DNA of 64,000 nucleotides from Epithemia pelagica. Its lineage: Eukaryota; Protista; Bacillariophyta. Below are positions 46,154-59,749 of this stretch, one piece after another; position 1 is the first letter of the stretch, and each line of letters begins with the position of its first letter. The notes under the pieces are model-generated. The model worked only from the letters and a program-made list of their open reading frames with translations. It did not search any database and was not told where the DNA came from. The stretch is from contig OX337230.1 of the NCBI GenBank assembly GCA_946965045.2, forward strand, positions 1,984,001 to 2,048,000, written 5' to 3'. The position numbers and the translations under genes are program-made.

Positions 46154-49100
46154 ATGAATCCGTTTCGTCGCACACCGGGAGGGAAACGATTGGAAGGGGC
46201 CAATCCTCATAGCGAACCTCCTACGGTTGCCCCTGATGCAGCGTTGGGGCAAGAAGACGGAACCAATGGAGTTGTGCAAACCATTGACGCACTAGTGGAT
46301 TCCGATCCAGAAGGAACAGATATATTCGACGATAGTGATAATGATGACGAAGATGGACAAAATGCTGCTTCGAGTATTAACAGCAGTCGGCAATCATCAC
46401 AAGCACATCCCTCGGAATCTCCGGCAAGCTTCAAGGATGTTTTAAATCTGGGGCAGCCACTGCTTTCCACTGTTCCCAAACTCGTCATGCCGCAAGGAGG
46501 GGAGCCAGACGATCGGTCAGCGGATGAAGAGGATGATGACGACTTAGAAGATAACTCGGCCCTGGACAACGACCAGTCAACCGCCAGCGAGGATGCTGCG
46601 AATGGGTCTGACGATAGCGGTAGCGCGGAAGACTACTCAGATGACGAAGAAGAAGGTGAAGAAGGATACAAGCCGGGAGGTTATCACCGCGTAGCCATAT
46701 CAGAAACTTACAATCAGAGGTAAGAATACGAAACAGACTTATTCAATTCGCTCATTCTTCAATGTTCTCACCAGATGTTCACACGCAGGTATATCGTCAT
46801 GAAGAAGCTGGGATGGGGTCATTTTTCAACCGTTTGGATGGTCAAAGATAAACAAGCTGTGACAAATGGGAAAAGTAGCCAGTTCTATGCTCTGAAAGTC
46901 CAAAAATCAGCAGAGCATTATACGGAAGCAGCTATGGATGAAGTTGAGCTTCTTGATTGTGTTGCGGCAGAGCGCAAGAAAGTTGAGGCCATGTTTCTCT
47001 CGGGTAGCAAGGGCCGCGAGATCAAACGAGATTTGGAGCATTCCAGATATGTTGCTACTCTTCACGATTCTTTCTTCCACTCAGGTCCTAACGGGAAACA
47101 TATGTGTATGGTTTTTTCCATGCTTGGTGTCAATTTATTGAGTGTGATTAAAGCTCATAACTATCGAGGCATTCCTGTCTCCGTAGTGAAGAACATGGTT
47201 CGCGGAGTTTGTCGTGGATTGGATTTCTTGCACAGAAAATGCCGAATCATTCACACAGATCTGAAACCAGAAAATGTTCTTCTACAATTTCCACATCAAA
47301 TCGATCGAGATGAGGAACTTCAACTGGGTCTAGCGGGGCTTGCACTGGAGGAATCTGTGCAAGCACCCAAAGCTGAGGGTGTGGAAAAAACAATTGCAGA
47401 CTTAGAAGCCGAACTCGAAAATCCCGATCTCACCACTGAAGAGAAGAAACGGATCAGGAAAAAGCTTAAAAAGAAACGTCAAAAAGAACGGAAGAGAATG
47501 GCTGGCCAGGTCGACGATGGAGAGGCGGAAGAATCTTCAACTGAAGAAGACCTAGACACACACTCACCCGTGCCGCCAAATACAAAAGAGACGTCATCAA
47601 CATCAAGCTATTCGTTCTTTTCTGACTTCGAAATGGGGAAGATATTGGGTGGCGTACTGCCATCTGCGGTAAATCCGGACCAATCAGAAGGCACGCCTGC
47701 TGTGCGGTCAAGACGGAGAGCAGGCCATAGTAGGTTTGTGACTCGTAATTTTGGACCACAACAAAGGGAGATCGACGCACAAGTAATGCACTTACTCCGA
47801 GAAGATTTAGATGTTCAAGACGCCTCCAAGCGGGAAGCGGAAATTGCTTTCAGTGACGCTGAGTCCGACGGTGGTGTTGCCGAAATATCGTTCCTTGTAA
47901 GGTCATTCGTACAAGAAGAAGAGCTCGCCAATGCAATCTCTTTAGCATTTGGTGGTGCCGGGTGGATTGTAGAGGGCAGCTACCGAAAATGGATTTTGTC
48001 ATTATCCCTTCCATCACATGAACGCGCTAGATCAGGAAATTCTTCGCCCATGTCCACCATCATTCAAATATCCCAAAGATTCCGTGGGGTTTTAGATTCC
48101 GAAAAACAAGTCGTTGCGGAGATGATATCAGTGATTAGTGACAATCTCAATGAAGGAAGTGAGATGAATGCCGATACGGCGGAGGTTGCAATGGCCCAAA
48201 GACCTTCCAAAGCTCCGCCTCATTTCTTTTTGACACTCAAGGTACCTGTGAGGTCCACTTACGTAGCGCTAGGCTTCATAGAGAGTCGCCTTCCTGGTGT
48301 TGTGTTCATGACATACAAGAGAGAAGAAGGAAGTCCTCAGCTTGACTCGGTTGTATTTGGACCAAGCTTCGAGACCATCAGCAATCACCCATTGGCAATG
48401 AGGATTCGAGTTGATCCTACTGATGAATCAGCCTGCTCGGCAGCGTCTTCCATATTTGGTTTTGACCTGCGGCTTGTCCTCGATTTCCAAGCGCGACCAT
48501 TCATGGAAGACGGTTTGCCGTCGTTTGAGTTAAATATTGATGATAACGAGAGGGTTCTCAGCTGGTGGTTTGCAAGGAACGCGTTGAAAGACCGCCTGAA
48601 GGCTTTTACTGGAGTTGATCCGACATCGGAAATGGTCAACCTTTCTATTGCACCTGAAAGGAAACCAAGAAAATCATTCGCTGATGCTGGAGGATACAAA
48701 GAGGGCGGAAAGAAACCACCGGGTAGCGATACATCTACAGCTCCGTCGTCTAGGGACACGTCTGCAAGCTCTGCAGCTCGTACAGGAAATACTGGGCAAC
48801 AACCGAACCTTAAAGATGAGCAAATGCTGCTGAATTGTCGAACAGTGATTGTTGATCTGGGAAATGCATGTTGGACACACAGACATTTCAGTGAAGATAT
48901 TCAAACAAGGCAATACAGAGCGCCCGAAGTCCTTGTTGGGAGCAAGTATGATACATCTGCGGACATTTGGTCTCTTGGCTGTATGACTTTCGAGCTTCTG
49001 ACGGGTGATCTGCTTTTTGATCCCAGAGCTGGTGAAGATTACGATCGTGACGAAGATCATTTGGCAATGTTCCAGGAGTTGCTTGGCAAGATGCCCAAAC

Positions 49101-49333
49101 GTCTTGCGTTGGATGGCAAATATTCCCAGAATTTCTTCGATAAAAGAGGAAACTTGAAACACATAAAGCAGCTGAAATTCTGGCCTGTTCAGGAAGTTCT
49201 TGTGGAGAAGTACAACTTTCGAAGAGAAGATGCGCAAGCTATTGCTGATTTCATGACTCCATTGTTAGATTTTGATCCGAAGACACGAGCTACCGCTTTG
49301 GAGGCGTTGAACAGTGAATGGCTAAGAGACTAA
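46154..49333 (+). CDS. SRPK: SR-protein kinase (SRPK family) with long spacer insert
   Basis: EGYKPGGYHRV, intron 46720-46788, KKLGWGHFSTVW, ALKVQKSAEHYTEAAMDE, IIHTDLKPEN, DLGNACW, DIQTRQYRAPEV, EDHLA. Confidence 0.95.
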
Positions 49334-49384
49334 AGATCGACCATGCATTTAGACATATAGATCTTTATTTTACTTCAAATTGGT

Positions 49385-50750
49385 TTACAATTCACGTCTG
49401 TGAAGAACACTTGAACCCTTTTCTTCATATTCCTCCCGAGATACCCACATATTCTTGAAAGTTGCGAGACTGGCGAGGATTGAGCCGCCAACATACGCAG
49501 AGTGAATTCGTTCCGGTGGCGCAGAAATTCTTATGCGTGTGTGCGACGGTGATCGCGAACGGACTTCGTAGAGCATGCGATCACCAAAGCCAGGAGTAAG
49601 GGTGGATCCACCTGCTAAAACAATCTGTGAATAAAGCTTCGACCGAAGATCCAAATCGCTCCTTTGAATAGAGTTCACAAGGACATCAGCAGCGCCAGCT
49701 TCTTCAGATCCAATCAAAGAGGGATCAAACAAAACCGACGGAGCCTGGAAACGTTCCGATGCCAGCGTAATTGTTTGTCCATCTGGAAGCTGATATTGCG
49801 TCTTGGCATCGGCCGGGGGCGGAACAGAAGCACCAGTCGTCCCAGCTGCTTCCTGTACGCTAGGAGTCGGAGTCAAATAACAAACATCCTCCTTGATCTT
49901 TTTAACAAGGTCATTTTCTGCGGTTGTCGTGAACGAAAGCCCTGCTCTACGAAGTTGGAGCTGCAACTGTTTCGTCACATCCCTCCCGGCGACATCGGAT
50001 CGTGCGACGGAATGCGACAATGCGAATCCCTCATAAACGGGAACTGCTTGCATAACACCTTCTCCAACATCAAGAACAACACCTGTTGTCCGACCACTGG
50101 CATAGAGGCTTAGCACTGAAGGAGGAGTGAAGTAAAGCGCTGGCGCTCTGATCGATTCGAAGAATATTTCCGCGATGGAATCACGGTTTCTACGAGAGTT
50201 TAAAGGAGCTTCTGTCATAAGAAGAGGATGCTCTTCTTGCTTAGCGTTGAGACACTGCTTCGAGTATACATGCTAGAGAGGAACCCGGACCAAGAGAAGA
50301 CAAGATCAGTAAGACAGCAAAAGAATGTCTTTCCAACAATTGGGATACCTACCTGCCAGAGGGCTTCCATCGCATCCCATCCATTGTCTGTAACAGATCC
50401 CTTATCCATTGGATATTCCAACAGAAAGGCTCCTCGATGATCGTCAAGTTTCCGCCCGACAAAGATGCTCCTTGATTCCTGATCGGTTTCCAGAGCACCA
50501 CCAGGCATGATTCGCATGTGCTTCGGTCTCCCAACTTTCGTGCCAACCACAACCTGCAGAACAACCAAGAAGATTTAGAATGGAGGACAGAACGTGATAT
50601 TAGGGAAGAAACAGTTAAATGCCATACCTTAGGTTTCGATGAACCAGCAAAACCGGCTTTGATACTAGCAGTGCCATTGTCAATAACAATCGGTTGGTTC
50701 AAAAGAAGGGAACCTCCCTCTGTTTCCACGTCCTCTGTAGCCGTACTCAT
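49385..50750 (-). CDS. ARP1: Actin-related protein 1 (centractin), 3 exons
   Basis: NQPIVIDNGTASIKAGFAG, VGRPKHMRIMPGGALE, EEHPLLMTEAPLN, LSLYASGRTTGVVLDVGEG, LASERFQAP, IRISAPPER. Confidence 0.88.
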
Positions 50751-51162
50751 GGTCACTGCTTGTCGATCTTATGGAATGGAAATGGACACCACCGATGCAC
50801 TACGACCGGTGACCTATTATCTTCAGAAAGTTCAATGCCGCGACAAGACAAGGTCTCGGTCTTGGTTCTCTCCGTCGCTTCCTGTGGACTTTGCTCCGGC
50901 TCACATGATCCAAAATACCCAGCGGTGGGTTTTATTTTTTTTATTAACTTGGGACTTGGATCTCGAATCTATTCCTGTAGAGTGGTCGCGTTTGATATGA
51001 TCGGTCGCATGATGCATGGGGGAGAAGCTGATGCCAACAAATGACCATTGCCAGTAAAGAACGGTTATTCTCTATGTATTTTGAATTTCCCAGAGTAGCG
51101 TGACGATATGTGGTTCGTCACAAACTGCATATCCTCATTTGTTTTCTCTTCTCGGTCACAAT

Positions 51163-53594
51163 ATGGAAGCAGACGGGGAAATGAAGAGAAAGGAAGCATC
51201 CAGGACATCAACCATGTCACTTCAGGATACATCTTTCTCCATCGAAGAGGAGTCAGGAACTGCCCAAACCGTTGCAGAAGGGAACAAGCACAAAGGCAGC
51301 AAAGGTTCTGACAAAGACGAGACGGTAAGGAGCTTCTATGGCCTCTGAAAACAAACATGAGAAAACTTCGGAATGTCTCACTTTCTCCTTTATGGTCGCC
51401 CAGAATTGGATCTCTTGCACCATCCCCCCGAAACCAATCCTGATGGATAAATCAAGTGCACCAGATGCCATAGTAGACAAAATGGCGTCAACATCTCTTT
51501 CGTTTTCAGATTCTCGTGACATCAGTCATGCAACGACGAGCGAAGGCAAATCTCCGGTCAAAATACTTGAACCTTCTGAATTTCCGCATGATCCGCTACG
51601 TTTACAGACGACAGCAGCTATGGTGGCACCGTGTTCCCCGTCAGTACTGTCCTCAAACCATTCTCCGTGTCATCGGCGATATGAGGAACTCAAGCAAGGC
51701 GACAAAACTGCTTCTCAATCTTCGGGAGGGACATCATCACCATCATCCATGACGAAGAACGAGAAATCTGGAATATTAAAACAAGCGACTACAGTTACAC
51801 CTACTCCGTCTGGGGTATGTGAGTCTTTCCGATTGGCAAACAATACCACAGATGGACATAAAGTAGTGGAACCATGCTCTGGACGCAGATACATAACAAG
51901 AAGTGTTATCAGAGCCACCAAGACACCGTCCAAATCCAAAGCATTCGGAGAACTCTCGGTGGTCAACAGCTCGTTTACGGAAGACATAGACAAATGCACC
52001 ACATCAAACTCAAACATCAAGAGAAGTCGCCGTCGATCATCCATTTCAAAGCCATGTAAGAAACCAGGAGGAAAGAAAAGTGGCAACATCAATACCAAGA
52101 TCTTTCCTTTCATACTCGCAAGGTTCTTACGCGAGGTGGGGGCCAGTCATCCAGAGCATGTATATTGGAGCGAGAACGGTGAATCATTCTTCATTCGTGT
52201 GAACCCGAAGGCAAACTATGAGCTCATTGGTCAATTGGTGGCACCATATTTCAAACACGCAAACTATGATGCCCTTCGGCGCCAGCTCAACCTTTATGGT
52301 TTCCAACGCGTATCAAGTGGGCCGTACGTCCTTAATCTGACTTAGATGTTTCTTCATTCTTGATATCTGACGCATTCTTGTTCTTTTCGCGATCACCAGA
52401 AGCAAAGGGTCGTGGTACAACGTACTATTTCACCGGGATCGCTTGACGATTGAAAGCATTGGGAAAGTGAGAGTTGACCGTCGCCATTCACCGACAGCAA
52501 GAAAATCGGAAGCAAGCAAAGCAAGATCCAGTTGTAGCTTAGCCGCGTTGAGGGACATTAAAAAGCCAGCTAAGCGAAAGGCAATCAACAAGAGCGACGG
52601 CAAGAAGGCTGCCAAGGCACGATTTTCAAAGACAGCCAGTGTTCCGAGTGAGAAAGCTTTATCTAAATGTTCAGCCGAGAGTAAACAAAACCTTTCAGCG
52701 ACAACGAGAAAGGAATTAAACCGTCTTAAGCCAGGTCGCAAGAAGAGACCATCAAAAGACTGGAAGGATGTTACTCAGGTAAAGAAATCTCGACAGCAGA
52801 TCCTCAGTGTTCCGCCGACCGATTGTCTCCGGCTTTCATCCAGCAAAACAGCGAAATCCTGTCCACCTCAACAAACCATTGAGGAAAAAACGGAAGGATC
52901 ATCGGATGTCACCTCATCATGGAGTATCCAGGGAAGCACAACTTGTAACTTTATTCCTGCTCCCCCACCATATTCGTTTTACATGGAAGCCGCTTCAACA
53001 ACCGATGCGTCGAATTTTTCAGGGACGTCTACTAGGGTCAAACATCAAGAGCCACCGCTGGATCTTGAAACAACCATCCCGAATTTTGGTTCATTTCACA
53101 CCAGCTTTGTCAACTCCACAATCTGTCATTCCCCGGTTGACTGCAAATTCCGTCCAGCGTGCCTCTACTCGATTGAAGATGTCGATGAAGACGAGAGGGA
53201 ACCATGCTCAAATCTTCAGTGCCATAGTCTCTCCGAAAAAGAGACGCTTTTGACAAGTCAAGAAAAAAACACTTGGAATCATCGTTTCTTCAACGCGAGT
53301 CCTCAATATCGGGAATTGCATCACTTTGGCATCATGACACCCTCCACGAAGAGTAGTCCTTCGTATCGAAGTGGAACTACTGATGCACGCTTGACGCCGT
53401 TGGCTTCAATGGTTCACTCTTGTCCAAGTCCGACCATGTTTGAGCCTCTTTTCGACTGCACAGTCTCTTCTTCGGACACTTCTCTCTTTTCCTCCAGCTT
53501 AGTCCGAACCCCGAGTCGCAATGATGAATCAGCTCCTAAAAGGATCAGCGGAGAGAATGGATGGCTTCTTGCCGAAGACGTCACAGCAGTCTAA
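51163..53594 (+). CDS. HSF-type DNA-binding domain transcription factor
   Basis: FPFILARFL..VYWSENGESFFI..YFKHANYDALRRQLNLYGFQRV. Probable introns 51325-about 51403 and about 52325-52399. Confidence 0.75.
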
Positions 53595-53823
53595 TTCATT
53601 AGACTTCCAAAATGATCGAGAAGAAGACCACAACGGAAAAGCGTTGATGTACAAGTCCGGTCAGTAAAATAAGGTCGTTTGCATAGTACTACTATTTCAC
53701 AACAAAAGAAATTGACATAAAGAATTTTGATCGTCTCCCAGTTGGATTCAAAAAGAGCTTTCTTCCGTGCCAGCAGTCTCGACTTCATGCATGACTCGTT
53801 TACTTACAGGTGATCCGGTTACT

Positions 53824-55115
53824 CTACCTTGACTCCTCCTTTTCTCGGAATAATTCCTTCAGCTCTTCTGCCTCCATTGAAAGCATCTCGTCGACTTCTT
53901 TAAAGAGAGGTTCGCCCTTGTCAGGTTCTTGGACTACGAGACCACGTCGCTCAAGCTCCTCTTCCCAGTCACGCTTCTTGTCGATATCTGGCGCATGAAT
54001 CCATCCGGTTTGTTCCGTCGTGAACGGTCCCGTATACGGCACGAGACCCATCGCTCTGGCTCGTTTGATCAGCTTGCTAACTTTCCGGTGGTCTCGAGCA
54101 CCGAGTCGAGTATGCATTCGATGTTTTATTTGAGAAGTCGGCGTCATGAAGGATCTCAGCAATGAGAGATTGTTATGATGGAGCAATCTGGGAGGAATTC
54201 TTTTGGCTTCCTTACGATTCACCAATCGATTAGCGCTTAGGTCTGCGGGCATAATGTCCGAGTATGGATCATCGCTGGACCCATCATTCATTTGATGACG
54301 AGAATAGTTCGTCATCCATTCAACCGACAGCTGCCGCTTATCCGGAGAAGTTGGAGCGTTCCTTTCGTCTCTCCATGGCTCTGGTGGTGTTTCGTCGTCC
54401 ATTACAGGAAAGTCATTTTTGTTGATATCCTGATTATGTTCTGTATAAAGCAACGAAAAAGCATGTCAGATTCCTATCAGCACGACAAGGTCCCAGTAGG
54501 TCCCTTTATTACAGCTCTCCACCTACGGGTTTTCATATACTCTCGAAAGCTTTCAAATTCTTCACTGGTCAAGCGCTGGGAAAAGCGTCCACTGCGTTTC
54601 CCCGCTTGGGTCTTCTTCATCATATCATCATTTGGAACCTCTGTAGTAGCCTGAGCCTTAGGGCTTCGTCCCAGAACATTCAAGCCCATATCTGCCTCTC
54701 GGACTCGGCGTCCAAGTTCACTTGCCCAGTTTTCACCCTGATTCTTCCAGTGCTCCTCAACGCGGCCAAGAATTGAAGCCTCTTGTTCCGAGCCACTAGC
54801 ACTCAGAACACTTCGATCTTTGTCCGACATTTGGTTTTCTTCTCCGGTGACGCGTCCCGTCGTTGTATCTCGCTTCAGGATTGGGGGATAATCAGATGAC
54901 GGCCCCATTCTGTCCTCGCCATCTTCATAGTTGACTCCAAAGATGTCGTCATCCTTGACAGAATCCGTAGTACCGCCTTTGAGCGTATCCTTCTCACCAC
55001 TGTCACCATCCGAGGTACTCAGGAACCGAAGCTGTACTATTCGTCTTGGTTTTAGGCCAAGAGGTTTCACGCGATAAGTGAAAGATCTGCAACCAGATAG
55101 AAACCGAGGTATCAT
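53824..55115 (-). CDS. Mitochondrial ribosomal protein bS18m-like, 2 exons
   Basis: Mitochondrial-type presequence MIPRFLSGCRSF. GT-AG intron at about 54526-54441 joins YMKT|QHNQD. S18 core: HHNNLSLLRSFMTPTSQIKHRMHTRLGARDHRKVSKLIKRARAMGLVPY. Confidence 0.85.
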
Positions 55116-55258
55116 CTTGATCAAGCGTCAAATAAAGAGAATCAAGAACTTCTTGCGCACAAAATTGATGGATGGTGTTTGTCACAAAAGATCCCTTTTC
55201 GAAGACAACTTTCGATCAGTATGCGCAAAAACTGCTAATAAGTAACAATATAGAAGCA

Positions 55259-55329
55259 GCACCATTGGTTTAGTGGTAAAATCCAACGTTGCCATCGTTG
55301 GGCCCCGGGTTCGATTCCCGGATGGTGCA
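55259..55329 (+). tRNA. tRNA-Gly (GCC)
   Basis: Cloverleaf: acceptor GCACCAT/ATGGTGC, anticodon stem CAACG/CGTTG with loop TTGCCAT, T-arm CCGGG-TTCGATT-CCCGG. Followed by a T5 Pol III terminator at about 55332. Confidence 0.97.
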
Positions 55330-55392
55330 CATTTTTCTCCCATCGTGCATATTGTTTTGTTTACGGATATTGGCCTTTTGTTACACACGGTC

Positions 55393-56766
55393 ATGACGAG
55401 AATGAGCAAGTGTCGTAGGATCTATAATGTAACGCTCTTGCAATGGTACCGCCAAATCATGTTGATGTTTTTCGTTACACGCAGTTTTCTCCCAAAAACA
55501 GCCAACCCGTGTCGCTGGCGATCTTTCGTGGCGGAGGCAGGCACCTCATCGCAACCGACCTACAAAACCCTTCAAGTTCAGGTTATTCATCGCCATGGCG
55601 ATCGAACTCCAATCACACCCATGAAAGATGTTGAGTACTGGCAGGCTCAGCTTGTTCCTCCGCATCAATTGGAACGAATAGCTCTTGGTACGGCTATTGT
55701 AAGAGATAAGGGGAAAACGTTTTCTCACAATGCGGGAGGCAAGGGTGCATTTGGAAAACTGACTCAACTGGGACTCCTACAAATGGTTGAAGTTGGTGTC
55801 AGACTTCGCGAACAATTGTCTCAAGGCGACGGACCATTTCATTCTCCCCTTTTTAATGATGAGAGGCCTCTCCTAGGATCGAGTGTCCGAGTATTTTGCA
55901 CCGACTTTCCACGCACCATCCAATCAGTTCAGGGTCTCTTGGTTGGCCTCTTCGACAACATAGGGGCAGATGGGGACCAGCAAAACCTGCAATCTAACAG
56001 ACAAACTGATCTGATTCAAATTGATGTGCGGCACACGCTGACGATGATTCCGGATCCGCAGCCTCGTCATACCACGGAGCAAGAACGGTTGGAAGCCCTT
56101 GTGATGAGTAGCTCATACGTCATGGAAAAGGAGGCTGCAAACTTGGACCTGGCAAGACGTGTCACGGGAGCATTGCATCCGTTGCTAGGAACGGGAGCTC
56201 ACGAAGTTATATTTGGTGTGGATGAGCAGCATCCTGAAAAAATGTCGGTTGAAACAGAGCCACTGGGGTGGAATCAACTGGCTGAAATTACGAAGTGTTT
56301 GCTCGTACGAAATCTGTTACCACCTGAAATATCGAAAGAGGATGTGGAGATCATTGGTCAACATACGGCGTGGAGGTGGATTGAAACCTTTTCTCACCCC
56401 CGCTTGGTTTTTTTGGCCATGAACAAGCTTGTGTCTCAACAAGTGAAATATATGTTAGAATTTACAAATCAGCCTTGCTTGACGCTGTGGTCGGCGCATG
56501 ACAGTACCTTGCTTGGATTACTTTCTGCCTATCGACTGGAACAACCGTCAGCTTGGCCTGCTTATGCAAGCACCTTGGTCATTGAATTGGTTGAAGAAAC
56601 AAAACGACTAGATGATGGGTCAGAAACTTCAGAACTCGTGGTCTGCTTTTCTCTGAACGGACAAAGGCTTCGAACCATGTGGGATCGGGAAAGACCACTA
56701 GAAGCTATTCCTCTGTCTCTTTTACACGAAAAAATAAGGGAGGAAGGATCCAAACCTAGCCAGTAG
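55393..56766 (+). CDS. Histidine acid phosphatase (branch 2)
   Basis: Catalytic RHGDRTP, GKLTQLG, RTIQSVQ and SAHD motifs. Confidence 0.9.
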   Translation: MTRMSKCRRIYNVTLLQWYRQIMLMFFVTRSFLPKTANPCRWRSFVAEAGTSSQPTYKTLQVQVIHRHGDRTPITPMKDVEYWQAQLVPPHQLERIALGTAIVRDKGKTFSHNAGGKGAFGKLTQLGLLQMVEVGVRLREQLSQGDGPFHSPLFNDERPLLGSSVRVFCTDFPRTIQSVQGLLVGLFDNIGADGDQQNLQSNRQTDLIQIDVRHTLTMIPDPQPRHTTEQERLEALVMSSSYVMEKEAANLDLARRVTGALHPLLGTGAHEVIFGVDEQHPEKMSVETEPLGWNQLAEITKCLLVRNLLPPEISKEDVEIIGQHTAWRWIETFSHPRLVFLAMNKLVSQQVKYMLEFTNQPCLTLWSAHDSTLLGLLSAYRLEQPSAWPAYASTLVIELVEETKRLDDGSETSELVVCFSLNGQRLRTMWDRERPLEAIPLSLLHEKIREEGSKPSQ

Positions 56767-56996
56767 GCGTTACACTCGTGGCACAATTGAGATCGTGATC
56801 TCATCGTCGCTTGATTCTTACCTTCAGATTTGAAACACTCAATTGATTCAACTTGAAAAAAATAAATTAATCGCTTCTTTATGAAGATGTCACTACCACT
56901 TCTTCAAATGCGAACCTCGTCATCTGTTAAGTGTGGCCGAATGCTTTAGATGTGGATTTCTATATTCGTGGCGTCACCCATAGATACAGCGGGAAC

Positions 56997-59401
56997 TTAG
57001 TTGCTTGGTCGAAGATTCGACTTGCTGAGTGCCGCAGCAGCTTCGGCAGCCTTTTCAGTTTGTTGTTCATGCGGCAGAAAGGCCAAATGGTCATTGTTCA
57101 CATTGTGGCAACCATCAGTATGAGACCAATGGTAGGTCGTAACAAACACAAGAAGATGTAAGGCTGAGACGTAAAAGAACAGCGCTGTCCGCATTTCTTT
57201 TGTAGCCAGGACGGTCTTCGCCACGACAAAAACCGCACGTTCCATAGGTGGCATTTCATTCAATTTTCGTTGACGTTCTGCCTTGCTGAATTGTCTGAAA
57301 GGGTCCACAGAAGCTTCGTAGCGCTGCTCCAAGGCTTCCAAATCTAGATCTCGATCACTCACGTTTGAGCGCCGACCCGTCTTGTTATAGTTCTGCAGGT
57401 ACCGAACCTTCTCGTAGAGTTTCGTGTTATCGGCTTTCAGTGACTCGGATGACTGCACCTGCACCTGGAGTTCCCGTTTGAACGAATCACGTTCTGCCTC
57501 TAGAGCTTCGCAGCGTGCTCTTAAACGGTCTCGCTGAGCCATTACTATTGTGGCCACTGAATGGTCGTCTTCTGCTTTCTCGCTCGCCGCCGCAGAAGGA
57601 GCTGGAGCGGGGGTGATTGGCTTCGCCGGGATGGGCGCGTTGGGGTCCAAGATGGTCTGTAAAGTCTCGGGAGTCGCATCATTCCGGGCAGCAACAACTG
57701 AGCGTGGCTTCGATGAAGGAGTCACTGGCCTCGCAGTAGCAATGGCCTTTTCCAAATCCTTTTCCAGCGAGAATACTAGTTTGTCTGCTTCTTCCTTTGA
57801 TTTGAGGGCATCCGCAAGATCTCCTTTCAGAGAATCTACTTGCTGCACAAGCTCTGTCTTCGCAACACGCTCCCTCACGAGGTCAGTCTCTGCCCTGCGA
57901 AGTTTAGACACAAGAACAGCCTCCAGATCCTTATCATCGGGGCTACCACTTGTGATTTCGGGATCTCTATCCGCGTCCACGTCATCAGCATTGTACTCCA
58001 GGCGCTTCAGAACACGCAATTCCCTTCTCATACTGTCAACTTCAGCCTGGGAAGGGGCTGACTGCAGCTGAGCGTCAAGTGAATCAACAGTGGCATTCGC
58101 ATTTTCAACTTCCTGTTTCAGTTCTTTTGTCTTTTGCTCGTAAGCATCTTTCTCCATCGCGAGTTGTTTATCCTTCAGTTTAATCTCATCTCGAAGAAGA
58201 CTAGCCGTTTCGGAGAGTTCTGTCACCTCTGCTTCATAGGCTTGTCGTTCTGCTACAAGATCTCTCATGTTTACACCTCCCGATGGTGGTGGGGTTCTAC
58301 CGGATTTACCCCCTTCAAGTGCAGCCACCTTCAACCGAAGGTCGTCTCTTTCCCGAGAAGTAGTCTGCAGGGTTTCCCTCAATCGAGTAGAATCGTCCAC
58401 AAGAATTCGGCGCTGAGCTTCCCACGCTGCCTCACGCTGTGACACACCTTCGTCGGTCTCCAATAGGTGTGCTTGGGTTGCCTCCCGTCCAGCACGCTCA
58501 GCTTTCAGCTGCAATTCCAGAGTCTGTACTTTACGCTCAAGAGCCGCTTCTCGTTCAAGAGCTTCCGTTACGCGACGACCTTCACGCTCCTCCACCTCTT
58601 CCTTATGCTTTTCTAGTTCTTCCTCGAGCTGTTCTTCACCTGATGTACGGAGCTCTTCGATCCTTGCCTCAAGCTTCCGGATAGTAATATCCTGGTTCTT
58701 CAGATTTCGGAACTCAACCTAAGGAAGAAACAAAAGAGTTCGATTAGTGTTCAAAGTATCCACATTCGAAAAAGAGCTGCCCAAGCACTCACTTCATACT
58801 CGGCGACTTCACGTCTGAGGTTGATTAATTCTTCCCGTTCTTCTTTGTTTAAGCCACTCCCACTGCTTGCCCCTTGACTCTCCTTGTTCTGAGAAGCAAT
58901 TGCTGTCTCTTTCGTTTCAAGCTCCTCGCTCACAGTTTCTACCGTACGTCGCAGCTGGGAAATCTGTGACTGCTGATCATGGAGCTGTTGCACCATTGCC
59001 TGCATAATAGTTGCTGGATCGCTTTGTTCCATAAGAGACTGAGCAAGCGCACTGTATCCGGCCTCTGATGACTTGCATCGACGCGTGATTTTGTCGATTT
59101 CTTCCTGATACGCTTTAATTGTTGTCTTGCATTCTGCCGCGAGAGACTCGACAGCTTTTATTGAGGCATCAGCGTTTTCCTGAGAAAGGCTTGTTCCCAA
59201 AGTTCCTGATGCCTGTTCTGCATTCTTCAAGGAGCGTTTGAACTGCTTAGTGGTTTCCGAGAGTTGTTTCCGGGCCTGTGTTGATTGCTTGTGGGCTTCC
59301 TTTGCAGCCTGGAGAGTAACTGTTACAGAGGACAGCGTCGACTGCCAATTGAAACTAGCCCAGCCGTCGACATGAGGCTGGATCATCGCAACATCGGCCA
59401 T
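56997..59401 (-). CDS. CASP/COY1 Golgi coiled-coil tether, 2 exons
   Basis: WASFNW..L, YQEEIDKITRRCK, intron 58792-58719 (AEYE|VEFRNLKNQDITIRKLE), QRDRLRAR, DNTKLYEKVRYLQ, YEASVDPF, C-terminal TM helix. Confidence 0.9.
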
Positions 59402-59524
59402 GGTGATTGTTTGTGTTGTTTCGCTAGACCCGATATCTATTCAGGCTTCAGGCATTTGGCGGAGACTTTTGACCTATATCCCAGAAAACAAAAACCGAAC
59501 ACATGAAACGTGCTTCTTTTTTAA

Positions 59525-59566
59525 CCCTTTCAGCCCGGCATACCCCATTTTCTGACAAATATGTCA
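59525..59566 (+). repeat. piggyBac end (left): 16-bp TIR + 11-bp spacer + internal repeat CTGACAAATATGTCA
   Basis: Read directly from the sequence. Confidence 0.9.
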
Positions 59567-59749
59567 GTCATTTTCATTTTAAGATGACCGTACCACTCAC
59601 TTAACATAAATCTTGCGTATCTCTATGGGTATATCAAACCACGTCATTCCACGTAAGTATAATCTATAGGGACAAACAACCCAAGACTCGTCCCCTTTTT
59701 GTTCGTTTGCATTCATCCACCTCGTCCTCATCCCTTGCCTCTGGACACC

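Noticed and set aside
55273-55392. ORF-track start of the phosphatase overlapping the tRNA
   Set aside because: A GTG start inside the tRNA gene; the first in-frame ATG is 55393.
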